The notes: generated by a model not told the origin, from the sequence alone. A stretch of 64,000 bases of DNA from Candidatus Binatia bacterium (GCA_036009625.1 DASYLJ010000090.1:4590-68589), one strand, 5' to 3'. Positions 47,941 through 56,959 are shown, counted from the stretch's first letter. Numbers and translations: made by a program.

Positions 47941-48659
47941 TGGCGCGCGCGACCACCGGGCCGCGGTTCCTCGTCGGCACCTCGGGCTACAGCTATGCCC
48001 CCTGGCGCGGGAAGTTCTACCCGAAGGACATCGCCAGCGACGAGATGCTCAAGTTCTACTCGAGCGTCTTCGGTACGGTCGAGATCAACCACAGCTTCTA
48101 CCGCATGCCGACGCCGCCGCTGCTGACGACCTGGCGCCGGCAGACGCCATTGCGGTTCCGGTTCGCGCTGAAGGCCCCGCAGCGCATCACGCATCACCTC
48201 CGCCTGAAAGACGCGGCCGAACCGGCGCGGGAGTTCATCCGGCGCGCCGACACGCTCGGCGAGAAGCTCGGACCGCTCCTCTTCCAGCTGCCGCCGCACC
48301 TGCGCGCCGATTGCGAGCGCCTGGAGGAATTCCTCCGCGTGCTGCCCCAGGGTTCGGAGCCGGTCTTCGAGTTCCGGCATGCGAGCTGGTTCACGGAAGA
48401 GGTGTACGGCGTCCTGGCAGCGCATCGCGCGGCGCTGTGCATCGCCGACACGGAGAGCCTCACGACGCCCCTCGTCGCCACCGCGCCGTTCGGCTACGTG
48501 CGGCTACGGCGCGACGACTACTCGCCCGCCGAGCTCGCCGACTGGGCCGGGAAGCTGAAAGAGATCACGCGCTGGAAGCGTGTCTACGTCTTTCTGAAGC
48601 ACGACGAGGCCGGACGCGCCCCCGAGCTCGCGAGCGCATTCATCGGCGCGCTCGGCTAG
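47940..48659 (+). CDS. DUF72 (YecE-like) domain protein
   Basis: The ATG at 47940 shares 1 nt with the preceding TGA. LVGTSGYSYAPWRGKFYP...FGTVEINHSFYR...LFQLPP...FEFRHASW are DUF72 hallmarks. Confidence 0.8.
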   Translation: MARATTGPRFLVGTSGYSYAPWRGKFYPKDIASDEMLKFYSSVFGTVEINHSFYRMPTPPLLTTWRRQTPLRFRFALKAPQRITHHLRLKDAAEPAREFIRRADTLGEKLGPLLFQLPPHLRADCERLEEFLRVLPQGSEPVFEFRHASWFTEEVYGVLAAHRAALCIADTESLTTPLVATAPFGYVRLRRDDYSPAELADWAGKLKEITRWKRVYVFLKHDEAGRAPELASAFIGALG

Positions 48660-49363
48660 TCGCGCGCGAGCACGTCCATCGTCGCCCGCGCCGAGGCCTG
48701 GTGAAAGGCCATCGCCTCGGAAGGGTAGCGATGCGCGCGGCCGTACACGCAGTCGACGCGTGCGTGGCACTGGCCGGCGCACTCGTCGACCGGCTGCAGT
48801 CGGTAGGCCATGCAGCGCGGAACGTCCCAGCCCGTCGTGCCGACGGCCCCGGCCGGACATGCGGAGATGCACGGGCGCTCGACGCACGCCGGGCAGGGAT
48901 CGAAGGCGGGCACGGGACTCGGGTCGAGCGTCTCGGGCAGCAGCACCGCCGCGCGCAGTGCCATCCAGGGCCCGTACTCCGGATGCACCAGCATCCCGAG
49001 CAGGCTGCGCCGTCCGAGCCCCGCGCATTCGGCCAGGTGGACGAAAGAGACCGGCGTGCCGGGATGATCGAACGGATAGACCACGCGCGCACCAGCGGGC
49101 AGCGGATCGAGCGCCTGCGTCACGACGGTGCGCGTGAAGGCATCGAGCGGATCGGGCCCCATCATCTCGGCGCGCTGGAACGCGTCCCAGAAGGCGCGGC
49201 CACCGTTGCCGATGACGATGGCGCTCCGCATTCCGGGCGCAATGTGGGCAAGCCGATGCGGCGCCGGGACGGTCGCATCGTAGGTGGCTGCCGATGCCAC
49301 GCCGAGCAGGTCGAGGCCCATCGGCACGAGCCGCGCGCGCAGTCCGTCGAGGGGGGCGCTCAT
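48656..49363 (-). CDS. 4Fe-4S cluster-binding protein, QueG/reductive-dehalogenase-related (short form)
   Basis: CPACVERPCISACP ferredoxin-type motif plus further Cys (RCMAYR...ECAGQCHARVDC). The N-terminus resembles the QueG DUF1730 region. Confidence 0.45.
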   Translation of the reverse strand: MSAPLDGLRARLVPMGLDLLGVASAATYDATVPAPHRLAHIAPGMRSAIVIGNGGRAFWDAFQRAEMMGPDPLDAFTRTVVTQALDPLPAGARVVYPFDHPGTPVSFVHLAECAGLGRRSLLGMLVHPEYGPWMALRAAVLLPETLDPSPVPAFDPCPACVERPCISACPAGAVGTTGWDVPRCMAYRLQPVDECAGQCHARVDCVYGRAHRYPSEAMAFHQASARATMDVLARD

Positions 49364-49436
49364 CTTGACAACATCCGCGAACCTAGCCTACCTAAGCCGG
49401 TCAGCCCCCACCACCACAACGAGGAGGAGTTTGTTC

Positions 49437-49760
49437 ATGACCCCCAAGGATATTTTCGAAGCGATGCCCGCGCAGCTCGACGCCAATGCAGCCAAGGGCG
49501 TGAATGCCACCATCCAGTTCAACCTGAGCGGTGACAATGGCGGTCAGTGGTACGTGACCATCAAGGACGGCAAGGCCGAGGTGAGCCAGGGCACCGCGCC
49601 TTCCGCCAACATGACCATGTCGATGGCCGCCCAGGACTACGTCGACATGACCACCGGCAAGCTGAACGGCCAGATGGCGTTCATGAGCGGCAAGCTCAAG
49701 ATCTCGGGCGACATGGGTCTCGCAATGAAGATGCAGACCCTCTTCAAGCGCCCGGCCTGA
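49437..49760 (+). CDS. SCP2 sterol-binding domain protein
   Basis: The ATG at 49437 follows GAGGAGGA. ATIQFNLSGDNGGQWYVTIKDGKAEV...TGKLNGQMAFMSGKLKISGDMGLAMKM is typical SCP2 sequence. Confidence 0.8.
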   Translation: MTPKDIFEAMPAQLDANAAKGVNATIQFNLSGDNGGQWYVTIKDGKAEVSQGTAPSANMTMSMAAQDYVDMTTGKLNGQMAFMSGKLKISGDMGLAMKMQTLFKRPA

Positions 49761-49784
49761 AGCAGCCCTCGCTGTAGTGCGACG

Positions 49785-49814
49785 AGCCGGATGGACCTCA
49801 CGGTCCATCCGGCT
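49785..49814. terminator. perfect 13-bp stem / 4-nt loop hairpin between convergent genes
   Basis: AGCCGGATGGACC-TCAC-GGTCCATCCGGCT, followed on the plus strand by ACTAATTTGTG. Lies 25 nt after the SCP2 stop codon. Confidence 0.6.
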
Positions 49815-49825
49815 ACTAATTTGTG

Positions 49826-49850
49826 CGGCCCAAGACCGTGTCTTGGGCCG
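49826..49850. terminator. second hairpin (10-bp stem, 5-nt loop) between convergent genes
   Basis: CGGCCCAAGA-CCGTG-TCTTGGGCCG. It could serve the minus-strand argA-like operon or work with the first hairpin as a bidirectional terminator. Confidence 0.45.
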
Positions 49851-49948
49851 GGGCGAGAGTGAGGCGGGCGTTTCCGCGCGACCATGGTGCCGCGGCCGGC
49901 GAAGCCGGCGCGGCATGAGTGGCACGCAGGCTGGGAACGCCGAACGCT

Positions 49949-50233
49949 TCAGCGCGGCGGGAGACGCCGGAGGATCTCGGCCAGGGCGATCAGGGTCGAG
50001 CCGGTCGTGAGGCCGACGAAGAGGCCGGCGACGGCGGCCACCAGCAGGGCCCAGTGTCGTCCGGCGGCGGCCCAGTATTCGGCCTGGAAGATGGCGTGAT
50101 TGGGGTGACGCTCGTAGGCGGCGACGATCTCGTAGTAGTTCGCGTCGCCGACGAACTGGACGCTGCACACGATGGCCGCGACGACGCCGAGCAGGAGCAC
50201 GACGACGCCGAGGACGCGCAGCCAGGTGATCAC
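49949..50233 (-). CDS. small membrane protein (two or three TM helices)
   Basis: The GTG at 50233 forms a GTGA overlap with the upstream stop. VITWLRVLGVVVLLLGVVAAIV...HWALLVAAVAGLFVGLTTGSTLIALA. Confidence 0.5.
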   Translation of the reverse strand: MITWLRVLGVVVLLLGVVAAIVCSVQFVGDANYYEIVAAYERHPNHAIFQAEYWAAAGRHWALLVAAVAGLFVGLTTGSTLIALAEILRRLPPR

Positions 50234-51474
50234 GAGGCACGCTCCGCGACCGCGCCGGCAGCGAGGCGGTGCCGGTAGCTGACGACACGCTGGCGGCGGC
50301 GGGTGTCGTAGCCCTTCCACTTCGCGGCGGGGACCTCGTCGGATTCGACGCGAGCGAAGCCCATGCGCTCGAAGAACTGCTGCGCGCGCTCGTCGAGCGT
50401 GACGGCGAAGACATAGTCGAGCCCGATCGACTCGGCCTCGGCGAGGATGCGCTCGACCAGGCGCTCGCCGATGCCTTCTCCCTTGAATCTGGTGATGGTG
50501 TAGAGGCCGACGATCTCGCCCGCCCGGTCCCCCGCATAAGGCGCCGTGAGCAGGCCCGCCACGCCGGCCAGATGCCGGCCGCAGACGGTGACGCCGTAGC
50601 CCGCCGCCAGCACGCTCGTGACCTCGTCGGGGGTGCGCATCTTGAGGAGGCCAGCGCGCTCGCCGCGCTCGAGCAGACGCTCCGCCTGCGCGAAGTCGTC
50701 GATGCCGAGCGGCCCGACGCGCGTGTAGTCACCCTCGGTGAAGAGCGTGCCCGAGCCGACGTAGGTGAAGAGCTCCTCGGCGATGCCGTCGGGCGAGCAC
50801 ACGTTCACCTGCTCGACGCCGCTGTCGAGCGCCTCGCGCACGGCGACGAGCAGACCGCGCCGATCGCCGATCCCCGTCCACTCGGCCTGTCCCTCGCGCA
50901 GCACGGTCTCGAGCACGTTCTCGTCGACGAACGACAGGCGCCCACCCGGCGCCTCGAGACCACCGCGCGGGTCGACGAGCACGACCTTCGGGATGCGCAG
51001 CGAGGCCGCCAGCTCCATCGGGTGGCGCGGGAACGCCGCCGGTCCACTGATGCCGAGAATGCACAGGCGTCCCTGCCGCAGCCGCCCCCACAGCGCGCCG
51101 CGCAGCTGGTGATCGCCGCCCGGCATGGCGAGGTCGGACACCTTCACACGCACGATCGGCGACGTCGGACGCCGCGCCTTCTTCTTCTTTCGGTGCCGCA
51201 CCACCTTGCCACGGGACTTGGCCGGGGGCCGGCCGAGCGCTGCGAGGAGGCGACGTTCCGACCCCGGGACCACCGACGGCCACCACAGCAGGACGCGGGT
51301 GTCGTTGCGCGCCAGCGTGGCCACGGTGGCACCGAGGGAGCGCAGCGACGAGCGCGCCGTCACGGCCGCGGGGGACACGGCGATCAGCACGCTCCGACCG
51401 CGAAACTCCTCGAGGTAGAATTCCTTCTCCCCGAATGGCTCGCTGCCCGTAGGCCTGCGCGGCGGCTTCGGCAT
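50230..51474 (-). CDS. N-acetylglutamate synthase-like protein (degenerate amino-acid-kinase domain + GNAT)
   Basis: ATG at 51474. C-terminal GNAT domain (GEIVGLYTITRFKGEGIGERLV). The central part resembles the C-terminal half of an AAK domain (GVEQVNVCSPDGIAEELFTYVGSGTLF). The N-terminal half lacks the usual kinase Gly motifs and carries a RHRKKKKARR insert. Confidence 0.6.
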   Translation of the reverse strand: MPKPPRRPTGSEPFGEKEFYLEEFRGRSVLIAVSPAAVTARSSLRSLGATVATLARNDTRVLLWWPSVVPGSERRLLAALGRPPAKSRGKVVRHRKKKKARRPTSPIVRVKVSDLAMPGGDHQLRGALWGRLRQGRLCILGISGPAAFPRHPMELAASLRIPKVVLVDPRGGLEAPGGRLSFVDENVLETVLREGQAEWTGIGDRRGLLVAVREALDSGVEQVNVCSPDGIAEELFTYVGSGTLFTEGDYTRVGPLGIDDFAQAERLLERGERAGLLKMRTPDEVTSVLAAGYGVTVCGRHLAGVAGLLTAPYAGDRAGEIVGLYTITRFKGEGIGERLVERILAEAESIGLDYVFAVTLDERAQQFFERMGFARVESDEVPAAKWKGYDTRRRQRVVSYRHRLAAGAVAERAS

Positions 51475-51551
51475 TCCGAGCGCCCAATAGCACACGCCGT
51501 CCCACCGGCAAGCGTTTGCCGCAACCAGACCGCCGCGGTAGCACGACGACC

Positions 51552-53198
51552 GTGCAACGCATCGTCCTGCTGCTCGTGCTCGCGTTGGTCGCGCCCGCAG
51601 CGGCGCGTCCTCGTGCGGGCGCCGTCGCCACCGAATCACAGCTCGCGGCCGACGCCGGTGCCGAGGTACTGCGCGCCGGCGGCAGCGCCGCCGACGCCGC
51701 GCTGGCCGCATCGGTCGCGATCTGCGTCGTGCACGCCCAGTCGTGCGGCATCGGTGGTGGTGGCTTCGCGCTCGTCCGCCTCGCCGACGGCAGCACCACG
51801 GCCCTCGACTACCGCGAGGTCGCGCCGGCGCGCGCCACCCCCGATCGCTTCGTCACCGACGGCAAGCCCGACCAGTCGAAGCTGCGCAAGGGTGGGCTCG
51901 CCATCGGCGTGCCGGGCGAGCCCGCGGGCTGGGTGGCACTGCACGAGCGCTTCGGTCGCGTTCCGCTCGCCACCGTGCTCGGGCCCGCCATCCGTCTCGC
52001 ACGCGACGGCTTCGCGCTCGACGACGCGCCCACACTGGCCAAGCAGATCGAGCGCAGCGCCGACATGCTGCGCGCCGACCCCGCGCTGCGCGCGACGTTC
52101 CTCGGTCCCGATGGCGCCCTCCCCGGCCCCGGCTTCCGAATCGTGCAGCGTGATCTCGCCGCGACGATCGACGCGGTCGTGACGAGCGGCGCGAAGTCCT
52201 TCTACGAGGGCCCGACGGCGACGGCCATCGCAGCCGCCGTACACGCGAACGGTGGCGTGCTCGACGCTGGCGACCTCGCCCGCTATCGCGTCATCTGGCG
52301 CACGCCGCTGCGTGGCAGCTATCGCGGGCGCGAGGTCGTCACCATGCCGCCGCCCGGCTCGGGCGGCATCGTGCTCGAGGCGCTCGGCATCCTCGCCCAC
52401 GACGACCCCAAAGCGCTCGGCGCCGAGACCGCGACGTGGCTGCACCTGCTCGCGGGCGCCATGGCGCACAGCTTCGCCGATCGCGCGCGCTGGTACGGCG
52501 ACCCGGCCTTCACCGACGTCCCGGTGGCGCGGCTCCTCGCCCCAGAACGGCTGGCCGAGATCCGCGACCGCCTGCGTGCCACGGAACGCATCCAGCCGCA
52601 GGCCGACGAGGCGCGCGACGGCGGCACGGCGCACATCTCGGTGGTCGACACCGAGGGCAACGCCGTCTCGCTGACGACGACCATCAACACCAGCTTCGGC
52701 GCCGGCATCGTCGTGCCCGGCACCGGCATCATCCTCAACAACGAGATGGACGACTTCGCCGTCGCGCCCGGCATCCCGAACGTCTACGGGCTGATCGGCT
52801 CGGCGGCGAATGCGGTCGGACCGGGGAAGCGGCCGCAGTCGAGCATGTCGCCGACGATCGTGCTGCGCGATCGCAAGCCCGAGCTCGTCGTCGGTGGCTC
52901 GGGTGGTCCCTTCATCATCTCGGCGACGTTGCAGGTGGTGCTCGGCGTCACCGCATTCGACCGTTCGCTCAAACACGCGGTCGCCGCGCCGCGCATCCAC
53001 GATCAGGCGGTGCCGCCGGTGCTGCTGGTCGAGCCGGAGATTCCGGAGGCCGTGCGACAAGTGCTGACGCAGCAGGGCAACACGGTGAAGGAGTTCCGCG
53101 CCATCGGCGCGTCGGCCGCCGCGGGCCTCGGGCGCGACGGGAAGCCGGCCGGCGCGGGCGATCCGCGCAAGGACGGCGGCGCGGCGATCGTCGAGTAG
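51552..53198 (+). CDS. ggt: gamma-glutamyltransferase
   Basis: Autoprocessing-site region GGTAHISVVDTEGNAVSLTTTIN, plus NNEMDDF and GGSGGP. The start is either the GTG at 51552 (signal-like VQRIVLLLVLALVAPAAA) or the TTG at 51516. Confidence 0.85.
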   Translation: MQRIVLLLVLALVAPAAARPRAGAVATESQLAADAGAEVLRAGGSAADAALAASVAICVVHAQSCGIGGGGFALVRLADGSTTALDYREVAPARATPDRFVTDGKPDQSKLRKGGLAIGVPGEPAGWVALHERFGRVPLATVLGPAIRLARDGFALDDAPTLAKQIERSADMLRADPALRATFLGPDGALPGPGFRIVQRDLAATIDAVVTSGAKSFYEGPTATAIAAAVHANGGVLDAGDLARYRVIWRTPLRGSYRGREVVTMPPPGSGGIVLEALGILAHDDPKALGAETATWLHLLAGAMAHSFADRARWYGDPAFTDVPVARLLAPERLAEIRDRLRATERIQPQADEARDGGTAHISVVDTEGNAVSLTTTINTSFGAGIVVPGTGIILNNEMDDFAVAPGIPNVYGLIGSAANAVGPGKRPQSSMSPTIVLRDRKPELVVGGSGGPFIISATLQVVLGVTAFDRSLKHAVAAPRIHDQAVPPVLLVEPEIPEAVRQVLTQQGNTVKEFRAIGASAAAGLGRDGKPAGAGDPRKDGGAAIVE

Positions 53199-53244
53199 GC
53201 GTTCGGGGGGGTGCGTCGATTGGGGCGCGTGGTAGAGCCGGCAC

Positions 53245-54327
53245 ATGGCGACCACCGCGCCGATCGTCCGTACCGGACCGCCCAAAGAGCACCTGACGCG
53301 CGACGAGTTTTCGCGCCGCTTTCGCGCCCGCTTCCAGGACCCCGCCTTCGAAGTGGCAGACGGCGACATCGCGCGCCTCGAGTCGATCGCCTGGGATGCG
53401 TATGAGGACGGCCGGAAAGCACCGCGCACACGTCGCGCCGGATCGGAGTTTGCCGACCCCACCTATGAGCTGTCGGTCGACTGGCTCGCCACGCGCGAAC
53501 GGCTCCAGGCCGCAGCGGCACGACACGACGAGGTCGCCACACCGACGCGCGTCCTGATCGTGTCCGGCTCGTCGCGGAACGACGCCACGTGTCCGGGCGA
53601 GATATCGAAGACGTCGCGTCTGGTCGAGGTCGCACGCGAGACGTTCGTCGCCGAGGCCGTCGAGGTCGACGTCCTCGACCTGAGCCTGCTCACCTCCGAA
53701 TACGGACGCACGATCCATCCGTGCAAAGCCTGCGTGTCGACCGCGATGCCGCTCTGTCACTGGCCGTGCTCGTGTTACCCGAACCACGCGCTCGGCCAGA
53801 CGAACGACTGGATGGCGGAGATTTACGATCGCTGGGTTCTCGCGCACGGTGTGGTGATCGTCACGCCCGTGTACTGGTACGGGGCACCGAGCGGGCTGAA
53901 GCTCATGATCGACCGTCTGGTGTGTGCAGACGGCGGCAACCCCGACCCCACGAGCACCGGTGGCAAGAATCCCGCGTTGGCGAAGTCGCTCGAGGTCGCC
54001 GGATGGCCGTATCCCAAGCACCTCGCCGGTCGCGCCTACGGGGTCGTCGTGCACGGCGACGTCGCGGGGATCGAGTCGCTGCGTCGCGGGCTGAGCGACT
54101 GGCTCGATTGGATGGGCTGCACGCCGGGCGGCGCGTCGGCGACGCTCGACCGCTACATCGGCTACTACGAGCCGTACGCGACCAGCCACGATGCGCTCGA
54201 TCGCGACGTCGACCTCCAGGAGGAGGTGCGTAACGTCGCACGGACGGTGACGCGGACGATGCGCGGCCTCCGCAGTGGCGAGCTGGTCGTCGCCGATCGC
54301 GGACTGGAGGCGCCCCGACCGAAGTGA
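53245..54327 (+). CDS. flavodoxin-fold NAD(P)H-dependent FMN reductase / iron-sulfur flavoprotein-like protein
   Basis: VLIVSGSSRND flavodoxin-like start and Cys cluster HPCKACVSTAMPLCHWPCSC. It has an N-terminal extension of about 100 aa. Confidence 0.6.
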   Translation: MATTAPIVRTGPPKEHLTRDEFSRRFRARFQDPAFEVADGDIARLESIAWDAYEDGRKAPRTRRAGSEFADPTYELSVDWLATRERLQAAAARHDEVATPTRVLIVSGSSRNDATCPGEISKTSRLVEVARETFVAEAVEVDVLDLSLLTSEYGRTIHPCKACVSTAMPLCHWPCSCYPNHALGQTNDWMAEIYDRWVLAHGVVIVTPVYWYGAPSGLKLMIDRLVCADGGNPDPTSTGGKNPALAKSLEVAGWPYPKHLAGRAYGVVVHGDVAGIESLRRGLSDWLDWMGCTPGGASATLDRYIGYYEPYATSHDALDRDVDLQEEVRNVARTVTRTMRGLRSGELVVADRGLEAPRPK

Positions 54328-54367
54328 TCGGCGAGCGTCCCGTGGCATCGGCCACGTCGATCAGTCG

Positions 54368-56461
54368 TCAGTCGGATGCGCCGACGAACGTCCCCGCCGC
54401 GTTCTTTCGCACGCCGCTCGCGGAGAACGTCGCCTCCCAGCACGCGCCGTCCGTCGCGCCGAGCTGGACGCGCAACGGCAGCGGGAGTGGCGGCGGCGGT
54501 GGCGGTGGCATCATGGGATTCATGGCGAAGATCCGCTCCCCCTTGCCGGTGACCCGCATCGACGACTTACCGGCCGTCCCGGCGGTGAGGACCATACCGG
54601 TGAGGCCGTAGTAGCTGGGCTGCGCGCTCTTGAACGTCAGGCGGTTGCCGCTGCGCTTCCAGCACGGAGGCTTCGAGCAGTTCGTATCGCCCGCCGCGGC
54701 GATGCTCCCAACGAGGAGGGCCGGCTCGGGCCCCGATTCGTCGAACACGCAGAGCGCGTCGTGCCCGTCGACCGGCGATGTATTGATGGGATCGCCGAGC
54801 TCGGCGATCGTCGTGGCCTCACCGCGAGTCCATTTCCACGTCAGCCGATCGGCGCTCGACGCCAACACATCCTTCACCTTGAGCAACGACCGTCCGGGCT
54901 GCGTCGTCTGCTTGCATCCGGTCCTCGGTGCCGCGACGTGCGCGCCCGTTTCCGGAACGCATCGGCGGCACGGCCACGGATCGAGAGGATATCCCTCGCA
55001 GACGCCGGCGACGCAGTGATCGAAGGTCGTACAGAGACTGGCGTCGTCGCAGGTCGTGAAGAGGTCCGAGAAGGGCGTATGCTCGCACGTCGCGCCATTG
55101 CAGACGTCCTGCGTGCACGGATTGCCGTCGGACGCGCATGGCGTGGAGCTGAAGGCGAATCGACAGTTCGTCCTGCAGCAGGGGGTCCCGGTCTCGTCGC
55201 ACTGTTCACCGGGGTCGACGGTGCCGTTGCCGCAGACCCCGACGCCGTGGAAGCGGTCGAGCGTACCCGAGCCACGGATCGCAACCGGCCCGACGGGAGA
55301 CGAGGACACTGTCTCGACGAAAATGCCGGCCGTCACGATCCGCACGTCGGGCTGTATGCGGACCGCCCCGATCCCCCGCCCGTTGCCGTTGAAGGTACCA
55401 GGTGTAGGAAACGTGACGTCCCGCACGCCGGCGGTGCTGTAGCGTTGGAAGAGGGCCCGGAACGGTTGTGACACGCTGCCGACCGCGATGATGTTTCCGT
55501 CGGGATCGAGATCGAGGTCGGCGATGGACCCCGCACCCGACGCCGCGAGCCCGCCGGAGCCGAAGGTGGCATCGAGCGTGCCATCCTCCAGCACGCGCGC
55601 GAGCAGCAGCCCTGCCGGCGTTCCGACCGATCCACCCACCAGCAATCGACCGTCCGGCTGCTGCCGGAGCGCGCTGGCGCTCACGACACCGGTGAGTGCG
55701 ATCGTCGCCGATCCGCCCGTTCCGAACGTCGGGTCGGGGGTGCCATCGGTCAGGAGACGAAGCAGTCGCAGATCGTTTCCGGAGTGACCAGCGACGACGA
55801 GCGCCCCGTCCGGCTGCCGCACGATCTCCCGTACGGCGTGGCCCGCGTTCACGATGCCACCCGTGCCAAACGCCGGATCGGTGGTGCCGTTACCGAGAAA
55901 ACGCGCGATGACGTTGCCGGCCACGATCACCAGCGCGCCGTCGGGTTGTAAGACCATCGAGCGCGCATCGCCGGCGATCATCGTGGTCACGATGCCGCCC
56001 GAGCCGAACGTCGGGTCGAGGCTCCCATCGTCGTCGTAGCGGAGCAGTACGGCCGTTTGGGTTACGGTGTTGGGACCGGTGCCGCCGGATGCGACGATCC
56101 GCCCGTCGGGCTGGCGCACGATGGCGCCGACGCTGTCCACTACGCCGATCGAGGTGCGCACGATCCCGTTCGTACCGAACGACGGATCGAAGGCACCGCT
56201 CGACGTGACCCGCACGAGGAGGACGTCCCCATCGCCGAGACCGACGAAGCCCCCGGCCAGGACCTCGCCGCCCGGCTGCAGCACGAGCGATCCCAACGAG
56301 ATTGCCTGATCCGGCGGCACGGGAACCATGAGGACCGACGCGAACGATCCGTCGGGCCCGCCCGCCCCGCGTGCGGTCACGCTCGCGAGCGCAACGATCA
56401 GCGACGACATGGCGAAGACGAACCCGCCGCGCTTTGCACTCGAAACACGTCCAAGTCGCAT
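54368..56461 (-). CDS. secreted delta-60-repeat beta-propeller protein with Myxococcus-type cysteine-rich repeats
   Basis: Probable start at the ATG at 56461. There are at least 8 repeats of about 55-60 aa with the D(P/A)xFGxxG(I/S)V pattern. These are followed by CGNGTVDPGEQCDETG...CTQDVCNGATCEH...CTTFDHCVAGVCEG. A C-terminal domain ends with a poly-Pro stretch (PPPPPPPLPLPL). Confidence 0.75.
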   Translation of the reverse strand: MRLGRVSSAKRGGFVFAMSSLIVALASVTARGAGGPDGSFASVLMVPVPPDQAISLGSLVLQPGGEVLAGGFVGLGDGDVLLVRVTSSGAFDPSFGTNGIVRTSIGVVDSVGAIVRQPDGRIVASGGTGPNTVTQTAVLLRYDDDGSLDPTFGSGGIVTTMIAGDARSMVLQPDGALVIVAGNVIARFLGNGTTDPAFGTGGIVNAGHAVREIVRQPDGALVVAGHSGNDLRLLRLLTDGTPDPTFGTGGSATIALTGVVSASALRQQPDGRLLVGGSVGTPAGLLLARVLEDGTLDATFGSGGLAASGAGSIADLDLDPDGNIIAVGSVSQPFRALFQRYSTAGVRDVTFPTPGTFNGNGRGIGAVRIQPDVRIVTAGIFVETVSSSPVGPVAIRGSGTLDRFHGVGVCGNGTVDPGEQCDETGTPCCRTNCRFAFSSTPCASDGNPCTQDVCNGATCEHTPFSDLFTTCDDASLCTTFDHCVAGVCEGYPLDPWPCRRCVPETGAHVAAPRTGCKQTTQPGRSLLKVKDVLASSADRLTWKWTRGEATTIAELGDPINTSPVDGHDALCVFDESGPEPALLVGSIAAAGDTNCSKPPCWKRSGNRLTFKSAQPSYYGLTGMVLTAGTAGKSSMRVTGKGERIFAMNPMMPPPPPPPLPLPLRVQLGATDGACWEATFSASGVRKNAAGTFVGASD

Positions 56462-56548
56462 GGATCGGCCCCCCCGGGCTTTCGCCTGCAACGTCGCAAG
56501 CTCGGCGACCGTACCGTCCATCTTTCGAGACGGTCAAGTCAAAACTGC

Positions 56549-56959
56549 CTAACCAGCGTCGGCGATCGCGTCGTAGCCGCGCGCGGAAAACTGCAGTAGG
56601 CAGAAGCCGTTCCCGAACGGATCAGCCAGATACCCGATGCGTCCCCACGCATGCGCTTCGACCTCACGTTCGCGCACCGCACCCGCCTCGACCGCACGCG
56701 CGAGCGCCGCGTCGAGATCCTCGACGGCGACGTCGAGATGCACTGGCGTCCAATGCCGCCCATACCGGCGTCCACCAACCCCAGCCCCCGGCACGCTGCC
56801 AGCCGTCTTCTCCAGCAGATAGATGGGCGACGACCCACCAACCAGCTCGACGACGCTAGCTCCAAGCCGCCGCCCAACGGTGAGCCCGAGCGCACGCGTA
56901 TAGAACGTCACGGACGCCTCGATATCCGGAACGTCGATGTTGACGAGCAACGAAACCAT
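56549..56959 (-). CDS. VOC (glyoxalase/bleomycin-resistance) family protein
   Basis: ATG at 56959. MVSLLVNIDVPDIEASVTFYTRALGL...HLDVAVEDLDAAL...YLADPFGNGFCL. Confidence 0.75.
   Translation of the reverse strand: MVSLLVNIDVPDIEASVTFYTRALGLTVGRRLGASVVELVGGSSPIYLLEKTAGSVPGAGVGGRRYGRHWTPVHLDVAVEDLDAALARAVEAGAVREREVEAHAWGRIGYLADPFGNGFCLLQFSARGYDAIADAG

Noticed and set aside
54470-54515. GGC/GGT-rich tandem-looking nucleotide tract (ggcggcggcggtggcggtggc).
   Set aside because: It is the coding sequence, on the minus strand, for the PPPPPPPLPLPL stretch of the delta-60 repeat protein. It is not an independent repeat element.
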